Source: Nitrospirota bacterium
GTDB lineage: Bacteria; Nitrospirota; UBA9217
Assembly: GCA_963751455.1 (NCBI GenBank)
Contig: CAVVUN010000007.1
Span: 1 to 35,886 of the forward strand
Length of the DNA: 35,886 nucleotides
Direction: 5' to 3'
In this document: positions 27,111 through 35,886 of the stretch, in pieces
How positions within the stretch are numbered: position 1 is the first letter of the stretch
Layout: the number at the start of each line of letters is the position of its first letter
The notes under the pieces: generated by a model
Told to the model about the DNA's origin: nothing
The model's database searches: none
What the model saw: only the letters and a program-made list of their open reading frames with translations
Position numbers and translations under genes: made by a program

Positions 27111-28403
27111 TTAATACTTCCCCAGTGTTCCGATGCTCTTCTTGAGCCGCAGAATCTCAAGTTGCTTATCATACGTCGCGTTTATGAGTTCCAGTTCCGT
27201 CCGTAACAACGCCTGTTCAGCATCGATAACCGACAGGCTGGTCAGCAGTCCTTCGGAGTAAAGTCCCTCGACGGCGTTGTAGTTGTCGCGCGCGAATCCG
27301 AATTGCGATGTAACCGTTTCAAGGACGGAATTTACAGTCTCCAGGCTGGTATACGAGTCGTACACTTCGTTCTCGATCGAGCGTTTCAATAACGCCGCCG
27401 ACAGCTCTGCCTGCCGCGCTTTGGAACGAGCCTCGGCTGTCTCCGACTTTGAGAGACCTCCTTCGAAAATGGGCACCTGCAATCGAAGCGCCCCATAGTA
27501 AATGGTGCCCTTGATGATGGTCTCTGGGTGAGAGCTCTGATACTGCAATGCGGCTTCGGCGGCAAGTTGCGGGCGGTGCGCACCGGCGACGATCGTAACA
27601 TTTTCCTCGGCTATTTTCATGTTTTGCAGGGCAGCCGCATAATCCGGACGGGTGGCTACTGCTGTTTCTTTTAAATGATCAAGGCCTGTTTGCGGTTTCT
27701 CAAGCGCCTCGGGTTCCACGAGTATCGCGTCCGTAGGGACGTTTGCCACGAGTTTCAAGCGCTCCCGGGCCCTCTTGACCGCTTCCTCCGCTCTTACGAT
27801 ATTGATCCGGGCCTGGCTGACCAATGTTTTAGCCCTGAGCAGCGCGGAGAGGTTCGCCTTCGTTTTCCGGGTGGCTGCTTCCCGCTCGGTTACTTTCCTA
27901 TGTTTTTCGGTTCGTTCCAGAGACTTCGTGCTGACATCTACCAGTTTCTGCGATTTTACTACTGCGTAATATGCCTCTGCCGCATTGAGTAATATGCCCT
28001 GTTTGGCTGCGTCAAGACCACTCGTGCTGGATTGACCAAGGGTCTTTGCAATCCGAAGAGCCGACATCGTCCTTCCGCCTGTATAGAGCGGTTGCCTCAA
28101 AACGACCGCGGCCTGGAACTGGTTCAACGGCTGGAATGTAAAAGTGTCTTCGCCGGCCGGAAGCTTTTCGTTATAGCGGGTAAAACCGGATTGTGCAGTG
28201 ACCGTAGGATACACATGACCCCATGCCTGGTCTAATATCGTTTGAGACTGGATCACATTCTCTTCAGCTATCTTCACCACTTCATTCGTCCCGAGGGCCG
28301 ACTCATACGCATCCTGAAGCGTATAGATTTTATCCGCTGCCTGAACGGGAAAAACGGGTCCGATCACCGCGATAAGCGCTGCGATTGTCAGTGTCATTCT
28401 CAT
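27111..28403 (-). CDS. TolC-family outer-membrane efflux protein
   Basis: Signal peptide, QPLYTGG and VPIFEGG OEP repeats. Its start overlaps the TetR stop. Confidence 0.9.
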   Translation of the reverse strand: MRMTLTIAALIAVIGPVFPVQAADKIYTLQDAYESALGTNEVVKIAEENVIQSQTILDQAWGHVYPTVTAQSGFTRYNEKLPAGEDTFTFQPLNQFQAAVVLRQPLYTGGRTMSALRIAKTLGQSSTSGLDAAKQGILLNAAEAYYAVVKSQKLVDVSTKSLERTEKHRKVTEREAATRKTKANLSALLRAKTLVSQARINIVRAEEAVKRARERLKLVANVPTDAILVEPEALEKPQTGLDHLKETAVATRPDYAAALQNMKIAEENVTIVAGAHRPQLAAEAALQYQSSHPETIIKGTIYYGALRLQVPIFEGGLSKSETAEARSKARQAELSAALLKRSIENEVYDSYTSLETVNSVLETVTSQFGFARDNYNAVEGLYSEGLLTSLSVIDAEQALLRTELELINATYDKQLEILRLKKSIGTLGKY

Positions 28404-29107
28404 ACGGTAGAAATCCTTTTTTGATTTATTTTGCCGGCCTTGTGCATTTCTTCTTTCGATGCAAGCCCGTTAAAAAAAAGCTCCGTAACAAAAGCACCGA
28501 ATTTTTTCGGCGATAAATTGACCTTTTTCCCGTGCACGTACTCCGCCATCGGCTGCAATATAAAATTATGAATAATAACGCCGACGAGCGAGGAAACAGC
28601 CAGGGCAGGCTCAAATTTTTTTAATTCTCCGTTCCGCATCCCTTCCTTGAATATCCTGGTAAGGCGCGCGTAATTGTCCGCGAAATACTTTTCACAGATC
28701 CAGGTGATGTTGCCGCCGCTGCCCGCAAACTCCATAGCCATAATTCTGCGGAGGTTCTCATTGATCTGCTGAAAACGGATAAAACTCTCGACATACTTTT
28801 CAATCTTTTTCCGTACAGGAGCAGCCGACTTGAATATGGGATCTTCCCAAAGCGCAGTGAGCGCCGAAAATGAGTCGGACAAGACGGAACGGTAAAGGTC
28901 CTCCTTGTCTTTGAAATGGTAATAGATCATTGCGTTATTTACGTTGGCCGCTTCGGACACCTGGCGGACAGAGGTTCCATCCAAACCATGTCTGGCGAAT
29001 ATCGTTCGGGCTGCGGCCAGAATGGCCGCTCGTGTATCGCCGTCCGGCTGGCCCGCCCTGGGTCGGCGTCCGGCTGTACGTTTATGGGATTTAGTTTCTT
29101 GTTTCAT
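28400..29107 (-). CDS. TetR/AcrR family transcriptional regulator
   Basis: ILAAARTIFARHGLDGTSVRQVSEAANVNNAMIYYHFKDKEDL helix-turn-helix. Confidence 0.95.
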   Translation of the reverse strand: MKQETKSHKRTAGRRPRAGQPDGDTRAAILAAARTIFARHGLDGTSVRQVSEAANVNNAMIYYHFKDKEDLYRSVLSDSFSALTALWEDPIFKSAAPVRKKIEKYVESFIRFQQINENLRRIMAMEFAGSGGNITWICEKYFADNYARLTRIFKEGMRNGELKKFEPALAVSSLVGVIIHNFILQPMAEYVHGKKVNLSPKKFGAFVTELFFNGLASKEEMHKAGKINQKRISTV

Positions 29108-29118
29108 ACGTTCTGTAT

Positions 29119-29178
29119 TTAACTAAACGGTTAATTAATTAAGGTGTTACTTTACAACAAATGAAGGGTCGATGTCAA
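29119..29178 (-). promoter_or_regulatory. tetR promoter with putative autoregulatory operator
   Basis: Minus-strand TTGACA (29178-29173), 18 nt, TAAAGT. Imperfect palindrome TTAACTAAACGGTTAATTAA (29119-29138, 16/20 symmetric). Confidence 0.6.
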
Positions 29179-29220
29179 GAATTTTAATGTGAATGAATAT
29201 GAGTGGAAATGCGGCAACGG

Positions 29221-29304
29221 GAGTGAGTGAGTGAGTGAGTGAGTGAGTGAGTGAGTGAGTGAGTGAGTGAGTGAGTGAGTGAGTGAGTGAGTGAGTGAGT
29301 GAGT
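29221..29304. repeat. Perfect tetranucleotide microsatellite (GAGT)21
   Basis: 84 bp of uninterrupted GAGT. Confidence 0.97.
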
Positions 29305-29320
29305 TAACTTAAATTGTGTA

Positions 29321-29722
29321 CTACTGTCTTGCGAGTTCGTCAAATGTGGTTTTTTTTAAAATATCGCCCACCTTAGTCTGAACGTTAAGCCATACGGAGC
29401 TCACAGGGCACTGTTTTGAGAAGTTGCATTTCTTTTTGTCCGCGAGACAAAGGTTAACATGCATTTTGCCTTCGATTGCTTCGAGCACATCGAGGAGGGA
29501 TATGTCCCGCGCCTGCTTCGCCAAAGAAAAACCACCCTTCACGCCCCTGTAAGAACGTACTATTCTGGCTTTGACCAGTTTCTGAAGGATTTTGGCGAGA
29601 AAACTTCTGGGGATTTTATACTCTTCGGAGATTTCGTTCACAAAACTGATTTTTTTAAAAGGCTGCCGGGAGAGATACAGGATACTTCGTATCCCGTAAT
29701 CCCCCTCTCGTGTTATTTGCAT
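29321..29722 (-). CDS. Rrf2 family transcriptional regulator with three Cys (Fe-S binding)
   Basis: MQITREGDYG, FLAKILQKL, SYRGVKGGFSL and C-x6-C-x5-C. The start was moved to ATG 29722. Confidence 0.92.
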   Translation of the reverse strand: MQITREGDYGIRSILYLSRQPFKKISFVNEISEEYKIPRSFLAKILQKLVKARIVRSYRGVKGGFSLAKQARDISLLDVLEAIEGKMHVNLCLADKKKCNFSKQCPVSSVWLNVQTKVGDILKKTTFDELARQ

Positions 29723-29856
29723 GATACCTACTATATCAAACCTTACATGCTTGTCAAGAAAAAGAACTAGATTTTTTTCACAACTCAGGGTCGTGTCATT
29801 GTTCAATGCAACGGTACAATAACAAACATCTTTTCACGCACATTCACTTCCTTTAC

Positions 29857-29932
29857 CGTCATTCCGGCTTGTCCGGAATCTTTCCTGCATTTTCAGAAGG
29901 ATTCCCGACGCGCTTCGCTTGCGGGAATGACG
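29857..29932. repeat. CGTC-type palindromic repeat
   Basis: CGTCATTCCGGCTTGTCCGGAATC...GATTCCCGACGCGCTTCGCTTGCGGGAATGACG. Confidence 0.8.
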
Positions 29933-30033
29933 TTATAGGGGTTTATGTGCGACTTTGACGGGACCGTGTTTCACAACTGCTGTGGGTGGAAATCGAGGAT
30001 ACCATTGTGATATAATGGATTACTGGAGAACAC

Positions 30034-30732
30034 ATGCAAATTCGGTTATTGTTCCTTCTCATTTCTCTTGTCCCCTTCACGGCTTCCGCGTGTAGTTCGG
30101 AGAACGGCTCTATCACCGGCGTTGCTTTCCCTGCCGCCGAAGGCGTCGAAGTCCGCGCTCTCGTCAACGGCAAACAGGTCGCAACCGCTAATCCGAATGT
30201 TCATGATGGAAGATTCATCATGACTGTACCTTCCGGAATTTATGAGGTTAGATTGTCGGTTCCGAATGCTGAGTTTCCCGTGGTATTCAAGGCAGTTGCG
30301 GTGCAGTCCGGAAAAACCACTGACTTATCGAACATAACCACGAGTATTCCCGCCTCCGGCAGCCCTTCAAGCTTTTTCTATGCTTCTCCGATAGAAGGAG
30401 TAAATTGGGCTTCAGGAAAAATCCGGGTGACAGGGACAGGTTTACCTCCTGTGGATGCTCCGAATCCCTCTGTCAGCCGTGAAGCTGCACGACGAGCAGC
30501 ACATGCCGATGCTCAAAGAAAATTGGTAAAAGCTATCTCCCAGATAAAGGTAAGCCCCAACAAGAGTTTGAAATCGAAACTTGGAGAAAATAAATTCACC
30601 GAGAAAATAGAGGGTTTTATCCGCGGTTATGCGGTTACGGACGAACGTGAGTTGGAAGGCGGCAAAATTGAAGTTGATATGGAACTGCCTTTGACCGGTC
30701 AAAACGGTTTATCACACTACCTTGGTCAATAA
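30034..30732 (+). CDS. Exported hypothetical protein (carboxypeptidase-regulatory-like N domain plus LPP20-like C domain)
   Basis: Signal peptide and GVNWASGKIRVTGTG...AARRAAHADAQRKL. GGAG RBS. Confidence 0.7.
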   Translation: MQIRLLFLLISLVPFTASACSSENGSITGVAFPAAEGVEVRALVNGKQVATANPNVHDGRFIMTVPSGIYEVRLSVPNAEFPVVFKAVAVQSGKTTDLSNITTSIPASGSPSSFFYASPIEGVNWASGKIRVTGTGLPPVDAPNPSVSREAARRAAHADAQRKLVKAISQIKVSPNKSLKSKLGENKFTEKIEGFIRGYAVTDERELEGGKIEVDMELPLTGQNGLSHYLGQ

Positions 30733-30753
30733 AGCGGAGTGGCGGAAATAACC

Positions 30754-31299
30754 ATGGGTATACTGCGCAGTCCGATACCGGCAAAGCTTTTCATAGGGAT
30801 GCTCTCTGTCGACCCTGCTCTTTTTGAAGAATGCGAAGTATTGTTAAAGCATGAATACGGAGCGACCGACTATGAAACCGCAATTCTGGCCTGGGACGGT
30901 ACGAACTATTACCGTGAGGAGATGGGCAGCAGCATAAACCGAAAGTTCATCTTTTTTAAAGAACTGATCGAACCTGGGACGTTGAGTGAAATCAAGATAT
31001 TCACAAACGTTCTCGAGGCACGGTTCGCCGGTGCTGCATCGAATGGCCCGCGTCGCAGGCTCAATCTTGACCCGGGATATGTTACGGAAGCCAAGGTCGT
31101 CCTAGCAACAACGAAAGATTTCCCCCATCGGGTATACATCGGAAAAAGTATTTATGCAGAGTCAACCCTTCGGTACAGCAGCAGGGATAAAACGTTTATG
31201 TCATTCGATCATACCTATCCTGATTACCGTACGGAAATCTATCGCGGATTCTTTAACGAGGCGCGGGACCTGCTGCGTGAAAGATTAAATCAAAGGTAA
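30754..31299 (+). CDS. DUF4416 family protein
   Basis: YYREEMG, RRLNLDPGY, LATTKDFPHRVYIG and TYPDY. Confidence 0.85.
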   Translation: MGILRSPIPAKLFIGMLSVDPALFEECEVLLKHEYGATDYETAILAWDGTNYYREEMGSSINRKFIFFKELIEPGTLSEIKIFTNVLEARFAGAASNGPRRRLNLDPGYVTEAKVVLATTKDFPHRVYIGKSIYAESTLRYSSRDKTFMSFDHTYPDYRTEIYRGFFNEARDLLRERLNQR

Positions 31300-31843
31300 G
31301 CGGTGGAGAAGTTTGTCTCTCAGGAGGTTGTCTGGTCGGCCGGGGTTTGTGCTGTTTGATCTTCGGAAAAAAAAGAAAGAAGTCTCTCGCGCACTTGACT
31401 GCATCGGGAATAATAAATTCCTGCACGTTCAAATGAATCGCGTCAAAAGGCTGAATTTCCTTTTCAACAAAACTGGCCCTGATATTCGGCCACTTCATAA
31501 AATCCCTTACTGACTGTCGTATCTGCTCATGTATCATCAGCTCGATGGTTTCAAAGCTGACCCTTCCTGCCCTTAAAAAAAAGTACCCTGTCGGAAAAAT
31601 TGAGTTCTTCCTCCTCACCTCGAGAGCACTCAGGAGTTCATTCTCACTAATAATCCCGTCTTCAACAAGAAGATCTCCGATCGCACGCGAATAGGGTGAA
31701 AAAGCCTGCAGAATGCTGCCTCGATGGAAAATAATGCTGCCTATATTATTGCCGGACTCGAGCACGAGTTCTCCGGTTTTTGCTTTTAATCCGATAAGCA
31801 GAAAAATATCGAGTAAATCAAAGTCCGCAGATTCGAAGTTCAT
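31253..31843 (-). CDS. DUF4388 (PatA N-terminal-like) domain protein
   Basis: FDLLDIFLLIGLKAKTGEL...GSIIFHRGSI and IGDLLVEDGII. Confidence 0.75.
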   Translation of the reverse strand: MNFESADFDLLDIFLLIGLKAKTGELVLESGNNIGSIIFHRGSILQAFSPYSRAIGDLLVEDGIISENELLSALEVRRKNSIFPTGYFFLRAGRVSFETIELMIHEQIRQSVRDFMKWPNIRASFVEKEIQPFDAIHLNVQEFIIPDAVKCARDFFLFFPKIKQHKPRPTRQPPERQTSPPLTFDLIFHAAGPAPR

Positions 31844-31993
31844 AGGTAACGATTTAACCACAAAAATCGGGCAAAGTCAAACCGGAAAAAATCACTTTTG
31901 ATTACGTTGATTTTTTTAGTAAACGAGTTAATAAATATATTGAAGGAAAAATGATTTTTTGACAGCTGAAATGAATAATTTAAAAATCTATTC

Positions 31994-32407
31994 CTAGTGC
32001 GCCTGTGAAACGATTGCGCCCTCGTCTGGGGGTGATTTCCGGTCAGTACAGTCGAGCGCGGCTTTTACTATCCGTCCAAGTTCCTTCACCCTGACCGGCT
32101 TGTTCACATATTCAAATACTCCGAGGCTGAGAGACTTAAGATAGGTTTCTACCGCCCCGTATCCCGTTAGCATGATAACGGGAACTGCAGGAAGGCTTTG
32201 CTTCAGCAAAACGAGAAATTCCAGTCCGTCCATTTCGGGCATGCAATAGTCGGTGATAATCAGATCAATAGCGGCGCCGCTGCGGACAACGGAAAGCGCC
32301 GACCTGGCATCGGGTTTGGCAATGACCGCATAGCCCAGCCTGTTCAGCAACTCACCGAGACATTTTAAATTTTCCAATTCGTCATCTACTAAAAGCAATG
32401 TCTTCAT
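31994..32407 (-). CDS. Stand-alone response regulator receiver protein
   Basis: LLVDDE, DLIITDYCMPEMDG, MLTG and KP. GGAGGTGA RBS before ATG 32407. Confidence 0.92.
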   Translation of the reverse strand: MKTLLLVDDELENLKCLGELLNRLGYAVIAKPDARSALSVVRSGAAIDLIITDYCMPEMDGLEFLVLLKQSLPAVPVIMLTGYGAVETYLKSLSLGVFEYVNKPVRVKELGRIVKAALDCTDRKSPPDEGAIVSQAH

Positions 32408-32492
32408 TTCGTCACCTCCGATCATTTATCGGTGTTTCATCAGCTCTCACTCCGGAGCAAAGTGCCAAAAACCTAGCAGTTAGAATAAATTG

Positions 32493-32508
32493 TGCAAGAC
32501 CAGTGCCT
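32493..32508 (-). promoter_or_regulatory. Sigma54 (-24/-12) promoter
   Basis: Minus strand AGGCACTGGTCTTGCA fits GG-N10-GC. AT-rich upstream region. Confidence 0.65.
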
Positions 32509-32686
32509 TTTAACATCCCTTTAGAAAACAATAGATTGCAAATGAGGCGGTGACGGGATTTAGACAGTAAAAAACAATAGGTTTACTTGATAATTTTCTA
32601 ATTGGTTGATTTTATAGATTATTTATAATTGGATCGTGATCAGTCAATTCAGTCTTCCGCCAAGGAACAAACAGTGCTTGCTTAGA

Positions 32687-32727
32687 TTGTACTTCCGAAG
32701 CGGGAATGACCCGCCTCGGAAGTACAA
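32687..32727 (-). terminator. Strong hairpin at the end of the feo transcript
   Basis: TTGTACTTCCGAAGCGGG-AATGA-CCCGCCTCGGAAGTACAA. No clear U-tail. Confidence 0.55.
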
Positions 32728-32734
32728 ATAACAC

Positions 32735-32896
32735 CTACTGCTCCTTGCACGCCTTGACAGCATATTTCTTTGTCGGGTTACAAGCTGCCGCGTCGCACCC
32801 CGGACAGTGCCCCTGTTTTTTCCATATCGAACGGTAAAGAAGGTAAAGTGCGCCGGTAATGATCAACGTCATTAGAAAAATATCTGTGAAACCCAT
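32735..32896 (-). CDS. FeoB-associated Cys-rich membrane peptide (53 aa)
   Basis: MGFTDIFLMTLIITGALYLLYRSIWKKQGHCPGCDAAACNPTKKYAVKACKEQ with AGGAG RBS, downstream of feoB. Below the ORF-track cutoff. Confidence 0.85.
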   Translation of the reverse strand: MGFTDIFLMTLIITGALYLLYRSIWKKQGHCPGCDAAACNPTKKYAVKACKEQ

Positions 32897-33075
32897 ATCA
32901 ATCTCCTTTTCTTTTTTGTTAAACGGTTTCGGTTATGATGCCCATGCTTCCATCGATAACGTATTTAAGGTAACGTATTAAACAACAACTGTACACCGTG
33001 ACCTATACGGGCTTCGTCACCGTTGGACGTACCAACGATCCTTTCCCGATACTGGCCTCGAAACTCTTTTGTCAT

Positions 33076-35358
33076 TTATCCCAATCCTGCAAGTCTCCCG
33101 CCCTGGTATATGGCAAACGCAACGACCCATGCCAGGACCATCTGATATGCGAACGCGATCCCGAACCACTTCCAGGTGCCGAATTCCTGCTTCATAGCAA
33201 TAGCTACGACCACACATGGCATATACAGCAGGACGAATGTTATAAAGGCATAGGCGCTCAAGGGAGTGAATTGCCCCTTGATTACGCTTCGTAAAGGTGA
33301 GCGTTCTTTTTGTTCTTCCGAGGATTCCTGCGCAGACATACTTTCGATGCCAAACCCGGAAACGACATTGACTACGGAATCACGGGCAGCGCCGGCAAAG
33401 CTCGTCCCGATCTCCTTAAAATCTTCAGTCAGCATTGGTATCTCTTTCTTTTCTTCACCCGCCTTTGGCACATAGATCTCACCCATGGTTCCGACCACAA
33501 TTTCCTTGGCGATCAGGCCTGAGACGAGCGATGATGCAGCTTCCCAGTTGCCGAATCCAAGAGGCTTTAAAACCGGCGCGATCACTTGGCCCATCTGACC
33601 CAGGTAAGAGTCTTTCTTGTGCTCCACGCCCCACGGAAGATTCAGAAGAAACCAGACGAGGATAGAGACTGCAAGAATATAGGTTCCCGCTTTGATCAGG
33701 AAATGCTTGCCCTTCTCCCATGTGTGGATCATCAGGCTCCGGAAGGACGGCATGCGGTAAGGCGGCAACTCCATGATGAACATCGGCGCTTCCCCTCTAA
33801 ACAGCGTTCTTTTGAAGATGATTCCCATGATGACCGCAAGAACAATACCCATCACGTAAAGCGACCAGAGGACCGTTCCTGCATGTGAAGCAAAGAAGAC
33901 CCCGATGAAGACAACGTACACCGGAAGCCGCGCGCCGCATGACATGAGCGGGATCAAGAGCGCGGTAAGCGCCTTGTCACGCTCGTTCTCCAGCGTTCGC
34001 GTAGCATAGACAGCGGGCACATTACAACCGAAGCCCAGAAGCATGGGGATAAAGGATTTGCCGTGAAGGCCCATGGCATGCATTGCCCTGTCCATCACGA
34101 AAGCCGCCCGTGCCATGTAGCCGCTTCCCTCGAGGAAAGTGATGAAAAACATCATCGCGAAAATGACCGGCACGAATACCAGCACGAAGCCGACGCCGGC
34201 GATGACGCCGTCCGTTGCAAGTGATACCGTCCAGTCTGAAGCGCCGACGACACCGAGAATCGCCTCGGTCCACCTTTTAAAGGGACCTGCGGTCATGGCG
34301 TCGATCCAGTCGACGAAAGGCGTTGACACGTCGAAGGTCAGCTTGAACATGAGCCACATGGCTGCCAGAAAGATGGGAATGCCGAAAAAGCGATTTAGGA
34401 CAATCCGGTCTATCTTTTCAGTCAACTCGGTCTTTCTTGTTTCCGGCCTGCGCAGCACTTCCCGCGTCAACCCCGCGGCCTGCCCGTACCGCGCATCCGC
34501 CATAAGGGTCTCCATGTCGGAATCATGCGCCTGCTCCAGATGTGCGGTCGCGTCCTCTATTGCGGACTCAATATTGCCGAGACTCACTTCTTTCAAGACC
34601 CGATCATCGCCTTCCATGATCTTGAATGTCAGCCAGCGTTTGGGATACCATTCAGCAAGCTCCTTATGCGGGCCAAGTATCGTTTTTTCTACAACCGATG
34701 CAGCAGCCTCTATGTCTTCTCCATATCGAAGTTCCTTGGTGCGTACCGGGTTATCCGCCGCTTCCAAGGCAGCCTTCAGAAGGTCTTTCAGACCGTTTTT
34801 TTTCGTAGCCACAGTCGGAACTATGGTCATCCCGAGCATCTTTTCCATGGTCTTTACATCGATTGTGTATCCCTTTTGTTCAGCTTCGTCATAAATATTC
34901 AATGCCATGACGACCGGGATACCCAACTCCAGGAGCTGTACCGTAAGATAGAGGTTGCGTTCAAGGTTCGTGGCGTCGACCACGTTTACGATAATATCCG
35001 GACGTTCGTTTACCAGGTAGTCCCGGGCGATTATCTCTTCCTGGGTATAGGGGCTCAGGCTATAGATTCCGGGAAGATCAACAAGCTTGATCACTGCGTC
35101 TCCGTATTCGAACTGAGCTTCCTTTTTTTCAACAGTCACGCCCGGCCAGTTTCCCACGTGCAGCCGGGTTCCTGCAATAGCATTAATGAGGGTAGATTTT
35201 CCAGAATTCGGGTTCCCGGCCACTGCAACGGTAATCGTTTTTTTCGATTCCAGCAGGCCTGTTACCGCCGAATCCTTTAACTGCGAACTTTGAGCACCCT
35301 GCATTCGCGCTTTCGCACTCATTAACGCTGGGTGCAAGTCTCCGAACTCCGAAATCAT
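33076..35358 (-). CDS. feoB: Ferrous iron transporter B
   Basis: GNPNSGKS, VGNWPGVTVE, DLPG and GFGCNVP. Confidence 0.97.
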   Translation of the reverse strand: MISEFGDLHPALMSAKARMQGAQSSQLKDSAVTGLLESKKTITVAVAGNPNSGKSTLINAIAGTRLHVGNWPGVTVEKKEAQFEYGDAVIKLVDLPGIYSLSPYTQEEIIARDYLVNERPDIIVNVVDATNLERNLYLTVQLLELGIPVVMALNIYDEAEQKGYTIDVKTMEKMLGMTIVPTVATKKNGLKDLLKAALEAADNPVRTKELRYGEDIEAAASVVEKTILGPHKELAEWYPKRWLTFKIMEGDDRVLKEVSLGNIESAIEDATAHLEQAHDSDMETLMADARYGQAAGLTREVLRRPETRKTELTEKIDRIVLNRFFGIPIFLAAMWLMFKLTFDVSTPFVDWIDAMTAGPFKRWTEAILGVVGASDWTVSLATDGVIAGVGFVLVFVPVIFAMMFFITFLEGSGYMARAAFVMDRAMHAMGLHGKSFIPMLLGFGCNVPAVYATRTLENERDKALTALLIPLMSCGARLPVYVVFIGVFFASHAGTVLWSLYVMGIVLAVIMGIIFKRTLFRGEAPMFIMELPPYRMPSFRSLMIHTWEKGKHFLIKAGTYILAVSILVWFLLNLPWGVEHKKDSYLGQMGQVIAPVLKPLGFGNWEAASSLVSGLIAKEIVVGTMGEIYVPKAGEEKKEIPMLTEDFKEIGTSFAGAARDSVVNVVSGFGIESMSAQESSEEQKERSPLRSVIKGQFTPLSAYAFITFVLLYMPCVVVAIAMKQEFGTWKWFGIAFAYQMVLAWVVAFAIYQGGRLAGLG

Positions 35359-35582
35359 TTCATCACCTCCACCGCGATCCCCTCGGCCTCTTTTTTGCGG
35401 AGCGAGAGCTTGTAATTCTTAATCGTTACCTCCATGGGGTCCCCGAGTGGAGCGATCTTCTCTACCTTCACCTCTTCACCCACAAGGACCCCCATGTCCA
35501 TAAGCCTGCGCTTTAGCGGTCCCAGCGCGCCCATTTTCGTAATTTTTCCCTTATCACCCGGCTTCAACATTGCTAAATTCAT
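35355..35582 (-). CDS. feoA: Ferrous iron transport protein A
   Basis: RRLMDMGV...APLGDPM...LSLRKKEA. Confidence 0.95.
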   Translation of the reverse strand: MNLAMLKPGDKGKITKMGALGPLKRRLMDMGVLVGEEVKVEKIAPLGDPMEVTIKNYKLSLRKKEAEGIAVEVMK

Positions 35583-35851
35583 ACTTCAATCCTCCGTACC
35601 AGAATCTTCATTGCCATTCCCCGGCCCATCGCGATCCTCGACTCATCGATTTTCAGCAGGATAGGTCCGCGGCCTTCATTATTCAGGACTTCCACGATTT
35701 TCCCGACGCGAAGACCCATATCCTCTACACGATCCTGGCAGCTTCTGGCCCCTGCAATGCCGCTGGAGTAACCGCCAGCGCACCGGGATCCGGTTTTTAC
35801 TTCCATTACTTCAGCGCGTTCATCCGCGCACAACAGCCCAAGAGGCATCAT
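35579..35851 (-). CDS. feoA: Ferrous iron transport protein A, second copy
   Basis: RVEDMGLRVG...SRIAMGRGMAMKI. Confidence 0.9.
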   Translation of the reverse strand: MMPLGLLCADERAEVMEVKTGSRCAGGYSSGIAGARSCQDRVEDMGLRVGKIVEVLNNEGRGPILLKIDESRIAMGRGMAMKILVRRIEV

Positions 35852-35886
35852 ATATTTTCTCCTACAATCTCCACGTGATTCCCACC

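Noticed and set aside
29152-29343. 63-aa ORF with THSL repeats, or a CRISPR array
   Set aside because: This is only the translation of the (GAGT)n tract. There are no spacers, and no CRISPR array or cas genes were seen in the window.
32452-32468. Second sigma54-like motif TGGCACTTTGC
   Set aside because: The GG-to-GC spacing is 6 nt rather than 10.
8044-35878. Numerous antisense or overlapping ORFs of 60-256 aa in the track
   Set aside because: They are shadow frames of well-supported genes with no motifs or RBS of their own.

Overview
This is a bacterial chromosomal window, probably from an anaerobic Nitrospirota- or Desulfobacterota-like organism (inferred from gene content only). It has five functional blocks. 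(1) 0.9-6.2 kb: a putative envelope metal-handling locus with a YtkA/FixH-like protein, a leader ORF ending in ERPP, an outer-membrane barrel, an FG-GAP lipoprotein, a c-type cytochrome and a DUF2318 Fe-S protein. (2) 6.5-7.7 kb: a pentaheme cytochrome c selenoprotein (ExtKL-like). The ORF track splits it at an in-frame UGA that is followed by a SECIS-like hairpin. (3) 7.9-16.9 kb: an NHL/FN3/transglutaminase-like protein with a broken 3' end, and a TolC-CoxG-MacA-MacB export operon. The operon is interrupted by a three-layer nested element: a repeat-flanked GIY-YIG gene, a 208-bp MITE with a CTAG duplication, and a GTAG-type REP. (4) 16.9-21.8 kb: a bacterial sphingolipid cluster (cerR-like, spt, cerS-like) with a CTP-dependent lipid kinase-like gene and an AUR1/PAP2-like phosphotransferase. 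An unexplained structured RNA candidate lies just upstream of it. (5) 22-35.9 kb: a CDF transporter, mqnA, TetR-TolC-RND with no adaptor gene and a (GAGT)21 microsatellite upstream, Rrf2, several conserved hypothetical genes, a sigma54-driven receiver protein, and feoA-feoA-feoB plus an unannotated Cys-rich peptide. All family assignments are from motif recognition by eye; no database searches were run.
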